DNA from: an uncultured bacterium
GTDB lineage: Bacteria; Babelota; Babeliae; Babelales; Vermiphilaceae
Direction of reading: 5' to 3'
NCBI GenBank assembly: GCA_963713925.1
Contig: OY970212.1
Location: 128,001 to 192,000, forward strand
Length of the DNA: 64,000 bases
Of the stretch, positions 51,886-60,756 are shown one piece after another. Each line of letters opens with the position of its first letter. Position 1 is the first letter of the stretch. The position numbers and the translations under genes are program-made. The notes under the pieces are model-generated. The model saw nothing but the letters and a program-made list of their open reading frames with translations, had not been told where the DNA came from and did not search any database.

Positions 51886-54219
51886 TTATGCAAAATCCAA
51901 GAGAGCTCTGCCTGTATGACTGTCTGTCTCTCCGGACAGGTCGCGCTTGATTTTTGCCATCAAAGCATTTCGTTTTGCACAATATTTTCTATATTCGGGA
52001 GTATCTTGCCCCAGGCTAAATGGATAAATTTTTATATCCTCGCCAGCTTTTTTGGGATTGAGTGCGTAATCATTGGTAAGGATCATGCAATGCTCAATTC
52101 TATCGGAGTCAAAATCGTACATTTTTGGGTGCGCATGAGTATCATTTTTATTGGTGTAAGTATATTTCGTAATTTTTTCAGGCTTTGTTTTAAGAATATC
52201 AACAACCTTCGAAATATTATGAGTCAGGTTTTGGGAACCATTGGTATTATTTTCCCCGTCGATTTCAAAAAGAGCTTTATATCCTCCCGGTACAGCCGGA
52301 TACATATAATTCGATGCTTCTTTTGGATCAATTGAAAATAAAAGTAAAGTTCCCTTATTTTCTGCCTGTTTATGCAGTTGCGTTAATTCTTCAATTTCTT
52401 GTTCATATTTTGAATAATAATTTTCAAAACCTGCGGTCTTGAAAATATCCTTCATATTAAAATCAACTTTGCTCATATCTCTATTATCATACCAGTAAGA
52501 AAAGGTGCAACTTCCCGAATTTGTGGTGTTTCCAAAGAGGGCATGATTCATAAATAACAACTTTGGCCTTAAATCGTCTGTTCTTCCTTCTGAAAGCAAT
52601 GTTTCACGAATGGTTTGCTGTTCCGGGGTATTCTCATATCCGGGCTCAAATCTTAAAAAGCGATAATTTTTAAATCGTTTCCCAGCCTTGATTGCCATCA
52701 AATTGGTAAACAAATCTTGTAAAATATCCCAATCCCATTTACACCCATGCACAAAGGTCAAGCGGCCATCTTTTTGTTCTTTTTGCTCTTGTTGATGTAT
52801 TTTCTTTATAAAATTCATTGTTGCTGTTTGTGCGAATGCATTCTGAAAAGTCTCTTTGATATCATCATCATGTTCTAAAAAATGTTCCTGTGTTTGACTC
52901 AAGTGATTAAATTCAGAATCTATTTTTTTGGAGCGTGTGGGTGAGGGTAAAGCAAGAACGACATCATATTTATATTCTAATCTTGGCCTGTACCATGGGA
53001 TAGAGTAGTTGTTATACAATGCCGTAAGGTGACAGTATCTCGCGAACAAATAATTCCAGTTTAATGGTGCTCTTTTTTGCGATTGCTTCTTGATGAGCTC
53101 AGGTTTATCTTTCAAAAGAATTGAGTCAACTCGGTGAAAGGTCTGTTGTTCATTCCAAAAATTTTGTATGACTGTTGGGTCTTTTTCGTATGTCTCAATT
53201 GTTTGTTTTATTGCATCAAGAATCTTTCCACGAGATTTAAAAGAAGTTCTAAACAAAATAGTTCTCAATGCTTCTGCGTTTAGACGATTAATGTTTGAGG
53301 TTATGCTCTCGGTCAAAGACGCTAGTTCCGATGATGAAATAGTATTGGCCAATTTTTCAAGTTCGTTCGAATTAAAATCCTGAAAGTTATTTCGTACATG
53401 GGGCACTATTGTGGATTTCAAATCATTAGTTAAGGCTCTATTGGAAGCATTCAAATAAACGAAAATATTTTTAACACATGCTGTGGTTAATGGCTTTGTC
53501 TTGACCTGCTTCATAAGATCTATTGAATTACCGGTCTTGGACGCAATGCGGGATAATGTTTCGGAATCTACTTCAGAGAATTTGTTGCCGACGACGCTCA
53601 ATAGTTTTTGTACATCGGAATCATTATTAATTTTCTTTTCACCAAATTCATTTTCTATAAACAAATTTGTTAAAAGAGTGTTCGTTGTTTCAGGATTAAG
53701 ATGTGAAATATCTTGATCTGCGGCAGATATGAATGAGTTTCTTGCCTCAGGTAGTTGCATTAAAAACTGGAATCCAACAGGGGAAACCTTTTTCCAATCA
53801 GATGCGGCAACTTGTGTAAATTCTTGAGCGAATGTTTGTGGACCAACTTTTTCATCAATGAGAGAGCCAAGTCTTTCTTCATAATGGTTAAGCATTGCCC
53901 CGAGAAGTTCAGTTTTTTTCTTGCTTATAAAATCGAAAGTTTTTGAGCCCCATTTATCTTTGTCATTTACTTCGGATTCATCAAGCCATTGTAAGCCTTT
54001 TTGAACGGCTGAGTATTGCACATTGAACTTGGCTGCTTTGAATCGAGTTGACACGTTTTTGAGCTTATTCTGAGCCAAATCTAACCATTGCCCAGCTTCA
54101 GATTTCATTCCTGCAAACATCTCAGGGGTCATTTTATCATGCAGATGGGCAGTCATAGGGTGGGTTGAGGCCATTGCCAAGAGGGCGCTCCATAGGGTAA
54201 ATCGTATAATAATAGTCAT
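51886..54219 (-). CDS. Large secreted hypothetical protein
   Basis: Signal peptide; helical N-half; globular C-domain (TFVHG, LFMN..LFGN, GSCT). Confidence 0.65.
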   Translation of the reverse strand: MTIIIRFTLWSALLAMASTHPMTAHLHDKMTPEMFAGMKSEAGQWLDLAQNKLKNVSTRFKAAKFNVQYSAVQKGLQWLDESEVNDKDKWGSKTFDFISKKKTELLGAMLNHYEERLGSLIDEKVGPQTFAQEFTQVAASDWKKVSPVGFQFLMQLPEARNSFISAADQDISHLNPETTNTLLTNLFIENEFGEKKINNDSDVQKLLSVVGNKFSEVDSETLSRIASKTGNSIDLMKQVKTKPLTTACVKNIFVYLNASNRALTNDLKSTIVPHVRNNFQDFNSNELEKLANTISSSELASLTESITSNINRLNAEALRTILFRTSFKSRGKILDAIKQTIETYEKDPTVIQNFWNEQQTFHRVDSILLKDKPELIKKQSQKRAPLNWNYLFARYCHLTALYNNYSIPWYRPRLEYKYDVVLALPSPTRSKKIDSEFNHLSQTQEHFLEHDDDIKETFQNAFAQTATMNFIKKIHQQEQKEQKDGRLTFVHGCKWDWDILQDLFTNLMAIKAGKRFKNYRFLRFEPGYENTPEQQTIRETLLSEGRTDDLRPKLLFMNHALFGNTTNSGSCTFSYWYDNRDMSKVDFNMKDIFKTAGFENYYSKYEQEIEELTQLHKQAENKGTLLLFSIDPKEASNYMYPAVPGGYKALFEIDGENNTNGSQNLTHNISKVVDILKTKPEKITKYTYTNKNDTHAHPKMYDFDSDRIEHCMILTNDYALNPKKAGEDIKIYPFSLGQDTPEYRKYCAKRNALMAKIKRDLSGETDSHTGRALLDFA

Positions 54220-54447
54220 AGGTCACCTTATGAAAAATAGAGGATTCTATTCCTATATATCATACTATAAATATTCAAATTGTCAATTTGTGCAGGTATA
54301 GCCTATACCTGAAATCGATTTTCGGGTAGGAAGGCTTTTTTATGTATTTTTTGCAGGTATAAACAGCATTGCAAAAACTATATTAGAAATTTCTTGAATT
54401 ATGCTCAGTAACATTGATATCTTAGTAGGCGAGCATATAAAATTATA

Positions 54448-55716
54448 GTGGTAAAAAGGGAAATCATGGAGCGTTTCGTAGGGGAAAAGCAGGTAAAATA
54501 TCATATTTTATTAGTCATTTTATTATTGGTCGCTGCCGTTTGTGCCCCACGCCTTTTTCTGGCTATGCGCTCTTTTTTATCAAAAAGCCAGGTTTCCACC
54601 ACCCCTTCAGGACTTATGCTCGGTGTTGATCTTTGTGATAAAGCGGCGCTTAAAAAACTTCTACAATCCAAAGGCTCCTTTGCGCTTGTGGCAAATCGGC
54701 TGAGCCTGACCAGCTCAGGGCTGCATACCATTGATCACCTTGTTTGCCAAGGCTTTGTTCCGCAATACTGTTTGTCCACGCATGAGTTTCATTTCTCAAA
54801 GGCAGACGCATCTTATTTATATCAAGCATCCGGAACTGCCGTTCCCTGTATCAATTTGTATGTTGAGAATGCGCTTAATACAGAGCCGCTTCAGGCTGTT
54901 GATACTATCATCTTTGATATGTCGGATCGAGGACTCGTCCAAGATGCGTATCAAAAAATGGTATTGGATGTTATGACCTATGCCCACTCGAATCAAAAAA
55001 AGCTCATTATTCTCGATCGTCCAACGCAGGTGAGCAGCTCCATAGAGGGGACATTAAAACGTATCGCGTCAGATGCTTACACCATACAACTGCCCATTGC
55101 TCATGGATTAACGCTCGGGGAACTTGCCACCTTTTATAATCATCAGCTTTTTCATAACGAAATTGATATGCATATCAATCAGATGAAACATTTTACAAGA
55201 GATGTCACGGACTTTACCGGCAATGATGCTACCTATATAAAAATGGTGCTCAAGCCATTTGAAGCAATTGCTCCCTTTGATATCACACCACCAACCGATG
55301 CATGTCACCAATGCATTCTACTGGCCGATTCTCTGTCATTTGATCGGCATAATTGGTTTGATTTACGCGCCCAGCTCAAAAAATATGGCATCGATGCGCG
55401 CATGTATCGCTATTATAATGAACTCAAAAAAGAATATATGAGTGGATTGCAGCTTTTTGCGATGCCGGGGCAAACGAAAAAGCCACTGCAAACAACTGTT
55501 TTTCTCCTGCAATTTTTTAAACAAAAAGGCCTGGGTTTTCATTTAAATGAACAGTTTGATACGGTTGTCGGCAATCACAAAATACGAAACTACATCGAGG
55601 GTAAAGTGACAAAAGATGTTTTCACCAATGAAACGAATGCTGAACTTTCAACCTACTTTCAAAATGTGTATCCAGCATTTTTATATCAACCGGTTCCGAT
55701 TGTTCTAACGTTATAA
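54448..55716 (+). CDS. DUF1343/NamZ-like protein, degenerate
   Basis: ILDRP, LPIAHGLTLGELA; PEHG and QDxG motifs altered; N-terminal TM. Confidence 0.75.
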   Translation: MVKREIMERFVGEKQVKYHILLVILLLVAAVCAPRLFLAMRSFLSKSQVSTTPSGLMLGVDLCDKAALKKLLQSKGSFALVANRLSLTSSGLHTIDHLVCQGFVPQYCLSTHEFHFSKADASYLYQASGTAVPCINLYVENALNTEPLQAVDTIIFDMSDRGLVQDAYQKMVLDVMTYAHSNQKKLIILDRPTQVSSSIEGTLKRIASDAYTIQLPIAHGLTLGELATFYNHQLFHNEIDMHINQMKHFTRDVTDFTGNDATYIKMVLKPFEAIAPFDITPPTDACHQCILLADSLSFDRHNWFDLRAQLKKYGIDARMYRYYNELKKEYMSGLQLFAMPGQTKKPLQTTVFLLQFFKQKGLGFHLNEQFDTVVGNHKIRNYIEGKVTKDVFTNETNAELSTYFQNVYPAFLYQPVPIVLTL

Positions 55717-55765
55717 AATGCCCCCAAACGAAAGCTTTTGGGGCCCCCTAAAGAAGGAGTAATGT

Positions 55766-56983
55766 ATGCGGTATTTGTATATAGTGTGCGTACTACTCAT
55801 GCAAAATCTTGCTGCGTACAAACTTGGCATTGATCAATTTTCCCCTCAAGATCTGCGCGTTCTTGGCTACAAACCTGATGCTCGCATAGCACTTGTTACC
55901 AATCAAACCGGCATGAACAGTATCGGCAAAAGCACGCTTGATATTCTGAGGGCGCATCGCCTCACGGTGAGTTGCTTGTGTGCCCCTGAACATGGAGTTG
56001 ATGGAAAAATACAAGCCGGCATTCCTGTGGCAGATTCAACGCAGAAAAAAACACGCATTCCTATTATTAGTTTGTATGGGCATGGCAGAAAAGATTTAAC
56101 GCCTGATTTTTTTGATACATTTGATCTGTTTGTCTTTCACCTACAAGATGCGGGGATGCGCCATTATACTCATGTCGCTACCTTATTATATGTTTTAGAA
56201 TTGGCAAGCATACACAACAAAGGATGTATTGTGCTCGATAGGCCAAACCCGCTGGGGCACATCATGGAAGGCCCGGTCATTGAAAAACCGATGGTAAAAA
56301 ATGGGGTAGCATCATTTTTAGGTTCTGTTCCGTTGCCGTTACGCCATGGCATGACTATTGGGGAAATCGCTCTTTTTTTAAACAAACATGTTTTGAAAAA
56401 ATCGATACCGCTGCATGTTGTTTGCCTGTGTGATTATGAACGAACGATGCATGTCAAACCGCATGATTGTAAAACGCTTTCGCCTAATATCCAAAGTAAA
56501 AAAGCGTGCATGGGCTACAGCTTTTTAGGCCTGCTTGGTGAAGTGCGCCCCTTTGATGTCGGCATTGCAACTGATCATGCCTTTTGCAGATTCGGATTGC
56601 CACATTCTGTTGCCGATAAACAGCAATGGATTGCGTTAAAAAATTCGCTTCACAAAAAAGGAGTAATATCCGAATATAGTGCATATAAACGAAAAGATGT
56701 CACTCACCACGGCCTGACTATACGCGCATTTGATCCTTTGAAAAGCTCAAGTTGCACATTATTTTGCGACATCATTGCTCACTTTAAAAAATGTGGAGTT
56801 ACATGTTCATTCTCAGATCATTTTGATACCGCAGCCGGATCTGAATTGCTTCAAAATCTTGCACAAGGTCTCGTGAAAAAAGAATCTGGCGTTGCAACAC
56901 TTTCGCAGCAATTAAAACAATTTTATACAAAAGCCCAATCCTGTTTTCTGTATAAGCCATATCCGCAAATGCTCGTGCCCTAA
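55766..56983 (+). CDS. DUF1343/NamZ exo-beta-N-acetylmuramidase-like protein
   Basis: LVTNQTG, APEHG, SLYG, LQDAG.R.YT, VLDRPNPLG, PLRHGMTIGE, SPN. Confidence 0.88.
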   Translation: MRYLYIVCVLLMQNLAAYKLGIDQFSPQDLRVLGYKPDARIALVTNQTGMNSIGKSTLDILRAHRLTVSCLCAPEHGVDGKIQAGIPVADSTQKKTRIPIISLYGHGRKDLTPDFFDTFDLFVFHLQDAGMRHYTHVATLLYVLELASIHNKGCIVLDRPNPLGHIMEGPVIEKPMVKNGVASFLGSVPLPLRHGMTIGEIALFLNKHVLKKSIPLHVVCLCDYERTMHVKPHDCKTLSPNIQSKKACMGYSFLGLLGEVRPFDVGIATDHAFCRFGLPHSVADKQQWIALKNSLHKKGVISEYSAYKRKDVTHHGLTIRAFDPLKSSSCTLFCDIIAHFKKCGVTCSFSDHFDTAAGSELLQNLAQGLVKKESGVATLSQQLKQFYTKAQSCFLYKPYPQMLVP

Positions 56984-56985
56984 TA

Positions 56986-58047
56986 TTAAACAGTTACCTG
57001 TTTTGCCGAAGCTTTTAATACCTGATCTCTTCGCTGCAATGTAAGATCGACAAGTCGATTAATTTGTTTTTTATCTGAATTTTGTAAAGCTTCAGACCAT
57101 ATTGTTTCTAATATTTCTCTGTTTAATGTTATATATGGTTGCAGCATTGATGAATCACAATGCGATATATAACAAGGTCGCATTCTTTTGTCATTCTTAT
57201 AATATTGTATCCACAAACAATTACGCCATGTACAATAGGTAATTCCTTGCTCATGATAACGTTTCCACATTTTTAAACTTTTCTCATAATCGAAGAAATC
57301 TTTAAATGCTTCATGCAGCTCATCCATGGTGGCGTTTTCTAAAGTGATTGCTTGATCAAAGGGAAAAGGAATATCCCAATCATCATTTCGAAGATCACTG
57401 TATGCAACCCGCACAAAGGAAAAATCTCCATATTGGCTCTGTTGTTGATCATATATTCCTGCATTATCAATGAGAGCAAGATATGCTCTATCCTCATTGT
57501 ACTGGACAATTTGATTTCCAAAATTCAAATCCCACTGGCCAAATACAAAATAAAATAATCTCATTGCATCCATCATCTTTGAATCAATTATCTTTGAAAG
57601 ATAATCAGGGTCTTCGTTTTGAAGATCAACATCTGGGTCCACAAAAAATTGCAAACTCCCTTCTTGCCCATTCACAATCCTTAAAACTGTTGGCGGCACA
57701 AGATGAAGATTCAAAATGGATGATGCTTTATAGGCTGCTACCTCAGCAAATCTACACTCGGAAAGCTTGAATACAGCTTTAACGCCACTTTCAAGAATGA
57801 CCAAAAATACTTCGTTATCAAAATCTGATATTTTACCTATGGATGATAAATACTCTTGCATGGGGATACACGAAGTCACTTGTTCATGTGTTAATCGGTT
57901 TTCTATATCTCGGTGATCTAAATTATGATCCCATCTTGGATGAGAGTATGATCGAGCGTTCTCAAGATGGCTTTGGGCGATAATAATGACAACGCTCGCG
58001 CACGAAAAAACTAAGCTGAAGAATAGAATCATACGTTTTTTCATCAA
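56986..58047 (-). CDS. Secreted PI3/PI4-kinase-like (atypical kinase) protein
   Basis: AVFK, EVAAY, LVPPTV.R, GSLQFFV, GQWDLNFGN, LALIDN. Confidence 0.75.
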   Translation of the reverse strand: MMKKRMILFFSLVFSCASVVIIIAQSHLENARSYSHPRWDHNLDHRDIENRLTHEQVTSCIPMQEYLSSIGKISDFDNEVFLVILESGVKAVFKLSECRFAEVAAYKASSILNLHLVPPTVLRIVNGQEGSLQFFVDPDVDLQNEDPDYLSKIIDSKMMDAMRLFYFVFGQWDLNFGNQIVQYNEDRAYLALIDNAGIYDQQQSQYGDFSFVRVAYSDLRNDDWDIPFPFDQAITLENATMDELHEAFKDFFDYEKSLKMWKRYHEQGITYCTWRNCLWIQYYKNDKRMRPCYISHCDSSMLQPYITLNREILETIWSEALQNSDKKQINRLVDLTLQRRDQVLKASAKQVTV

Positions 58048-58132
58048 TTCACCTTTCTTGACAATGTTGATGATGTTTTTAACCTGAATAAGTAAATATC
58101 AATAAAAAACAAATTAATCAACAGGGCTATGC

Positions 58133-59200
58133 ATGCTAATATATTTCTGTCTATTCATTCTATCGGTTTTTTACACACCTTTTCTAAAAGCAAGCGATTC
58201 AAAAGATCAGCCACAATGGAATTCTTCATTGGATCACATGAAAATTGAACAACAACTAATGAAACAACCGATTGTGAAATTGGAAGATATGCGTACTTAT
58301 CTTGAAAACTCAGGAAAGATAGCACATTTCTCTAATCAGGTGTATCTCGCTACATTAGCAAGTGGGTTATTGGGAGTATTCAAGCCAGAAAAAGAATTGA
58401 AAGATGCTTTTGCAGAAGTTGCAGCATATAAAGCAAGCAAATACCTTGGATTGCATCTGGTCCCTCCAACGGTTCTAAAAACATTTGATGATCAAAAAGG
58501 TAGTCTTCAATTCTTTGCCCCCTCAAAATACGATTTATTCAAAAAAGATGACTGTGAAAAAGCGACAGCGCTTCTAACAAAAGAACAAAAAAGCAATGGC
58601 GCTTTATTTCGATTCATATTTGGCCAATGGGATATTCATAATGGAAATCATATAATAGCCTCAGACGATGCCGATACATCTGCTCACCTTGCGCTTATTG
58701 ATAATGGCGCTATATCTAATACAACGCATACCCGTTATAGTCAACACTCATATGTCAGAAGATTCTACCGAGAACCACTAGCTTCTGATGAACTTGAGAG
58801 GACTGAGGCTGAAGAATTTCCGTTCGATCGTGCATTTAATATACGCTTTCCCATAACGAGAGAAATAGCCCAAGAAAAATTCAAAGGATTCACAATTACC
58901 GATGATGTTTTAGAGCGTTGGAATCAATATGGAGGGAGAAAAGAATTTGTGATTTGGGAAGATTCTCTCTGGGTAAAATATTACCAAGAAGATACTGTTG
59001 TACCGAATTCTACTGATTATTATTCTGCAGACACCTTGGAAAATTTAAAAAAACTCAACATTTTGGCATTAGAAAAAATATTTAGCGATGCAAGAGAAGC
59101 AAGCAGTAAATTCTGTACAAATCGCTATCTAAAACAAATTTTATCGAGAAGAGATATTGTGTTAGCAGAAGCTAAAAAGTCTATGGCTGACAGCAAGTAA
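58133..59200 (+). CDS. Secreted PI3/PI4-kinase-like protein, divergently transcribed paralog
   Basis: GVFKP, EVAAY, LVPPTV, GSLQFF, GQWDIHNGN, LALIDNG; signal peptide LKA. Confidence 0.78.
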   Translation: MLIYFCLFILSVFYTPFLKASDSKDQPQWNSSLDHMKIEQQLMKQPIVKLEDMRTYLENSGKIAHFSNQVYLATLASGLLGVFKPEKELKDAFAEVAAYKASKYLGLHLVPPTVLKTFDDQKGSLQFFAPSKYDLFKKDDCEKATALLTKEQKSNGALFRFIFGQWDIHNGNHIIASDDADTSAHLALIDNGAISNTTHTRYSQHSYVRRFYREPLASDELERTEAEEFPFDRAFNIRFPITREIAQEKFKGFTITDDVLERWNQYGGRKEFVIWEDSLWVKYYQEDTVVPNSTDYYSADTLENLKKLNILALEKIFSDAREASSKFCTNRYLKQILSRRDIVLAEAKKSMADSK

Positions 59201-59242
59201 TCTTATTATAAATTAAATGTCCATCTCGAGATTAGAAAAGAA

Positions 59243-59316
59243 GTTCGTATGGTTCAATTCCGCTGCGCTACACTCACCACGAACGGAGAGAACCCCATGC
59301 GAAAGCATGGGTAAAA
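59243..59316 (-). repeat. Family-1 element followed by a family-2 hairpin
   Basis: gttcgtatggttc...ctcaccacgaacgg; ccccatgcgaaagcatgggtaaaa. Confidence 0.8.
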
Positions 59317-59356
59317 ACGGAGAACAGATTTTTTTTAGTTTCGGAAAGAAGCCTAA

Positions 59357-59500
59357 GAGCTTATACGAAAATTAAGTTTTCTAACTAAAAAAGGGTTGGT
59401 TGTCATGCTGAACTTGTTTCAGCATCCAGGTTAATTAGATCCTGAAATAAATTCAGGATGACATGAAAATAAGGAACTTCTGGGATTTTCGGATAAGCTC
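59357..59500 (+). mobile_element. Minimal MITE (144 bp) with TAA target duplication
   Basis: TAA|gagcttatacgaaaatt...attttcggataagctc|TAA; internal gtcatgctgaacttgtttcagcatc / gatcctgaaataaattcaggatgac palindromes. Confidence 0.88.
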
Positions 59501-59634
59501 TAAAGTTTCAAATTTTGCAATAATAAAATAAAAAAGTCTGATGAGGTTCACCGAACCAATGAAGCAATTGAAAATTGCGTATGGTGAGTTGAATCTCAAG
59601 AATCTTTAAAACCTCGGTTTTAAATGCCTGGATT

Positions 59635-59663
59635 CCAAAGGAGGTGTCTGCCACCTCCTTTGG
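59635..59663. terminator. 12-bp GC-rich hairpin downstream of the thioredoxin gene
   Basis: ccaaaggaggtg-tctgc-cacctcctttgg. Confidence 0.5.
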
Positions 59664-59684
59664 TGCATGTCCCTGCACAAGGGA

Positions 59685-60356
59685 CTAAACTAGGCTTTTA
59701 ATCTTGTTTTTTGTCCACGAAAATCCATCTTTTATTTTTGTTCCCGCATACTGTGCGCTACTCTTAATTTTTTTTAATACTGAATTTTTTTCCTTTAATG
59801 GCGCATACAGTAAAGCAATAATGTTCTCTTGCTCTTCTTTTGATTTGCTATTAAATAGGCGCAATAATTCGTTCTCGCGAGTGCGATCATTCTGAATGTG
59901 AGCAGTTTTGTGTTGTTGCGTTGGTTTTATCGCGCTTTTTTTGCCTTGTGATTTTGACGATGATGAAGATTTTTTCCCAGATAATGAATTCACATTATTC
60001 TTAATGTCACTCGCGCTGCCGCCACCAAAATGGGTTAAATGGCTTTGTTCTTTTCCGTCAACAAAATATTTGAAGGTTGGAAGACTTCGTATATCATGCG
60101 CATCTGCAACTTTTTTCACGGTATCGACATCAACTTCAAGAAATTTTACATCAGGAAATTCTTTTGCAATCGATTCATATGGCGCTTTCATGCCTTTACA
60201 TGCACTGCACCATGGAGCGAAAAATTTCACTACCACTATTCCTGATTTTGTTTCTCTTTCAAAATCGGCAGGAGATGCAATGCTTATGACTTTTGCATAT
60301 GCAACGCCTGACATGAACAGCCCGCTCAGCATTACTATTTTTTTCATTGTTTTCAT
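59685..60356 (-). CDS. Exported thioredoxin with basic C-terminal extension
   Basis: FFAPWCSAC, LPT; signal peptide AYA. Confidence 0.85.
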   Translation of the reverse strand: MKTMKKIVMLSGLFMSGVAYAKVISIASPADFERETKSGIVVVKFFAPWCSACKGMKAPYESIAKEFPDVKFLEVDVDTVKKVADAHDIRSLPTFKYFVDGKEQSHLTHFGGGSASDIKNNVNSLSGKKSSSSSKSQGKKSAIKPTQQHKTAHIQNDRTRENELLRLFNSKSKEEQENIIALLYAPLKEKNSVLKKIKSSAQYAGTKIKDGFSWTKNKIKSLV

Positions 60357-60756
60357 AACAACATCCCTTCTTTTTAATAATGTGTATTACTTTCCTTCAT
60401 ACTACTGAGTCAAATAATCAAGGCGCAAGATATATTTCTTGACATTTTGCAACTTCGCGATTGTTTTCAAAATGTATTTATAATGTCAAAAAGTTGTTGA
60501 AAAATTTTAGAATATTTTTTGCAAAAAAAATTTGGAAAAACTCATTGATTCTAAGGTCTTAAACCGTTACATTATGTGTATGCTTTTTTGAAACGATTAT
60601 TCACATAGAAAGAAATCATAAATTTTTGGTTCTCTGCTTCAGAAATTGGCCGCACATATCCCCGACTTCGGGGGCAGGATAGAATAGTCTCGTTTTAAAG
60701 GTGCATATAAAAAGGTGTAGTAGCATGATTAAGATGGTCGTAATCGAAAGGATACC

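Noticed and set aside
59537..59610. CTGATGAG as a hammerhead ribozyme core, or 6S RNA
   Set aside because: No GAAA follows the candidate stem II, and I could not form a convincing 6S closing stem.
60420..60756. NrdR boxes upstream of nrdA
   Set aside because: Only an imperfect palindrome (caagatatatttcttg); no tandem match to the consensus.
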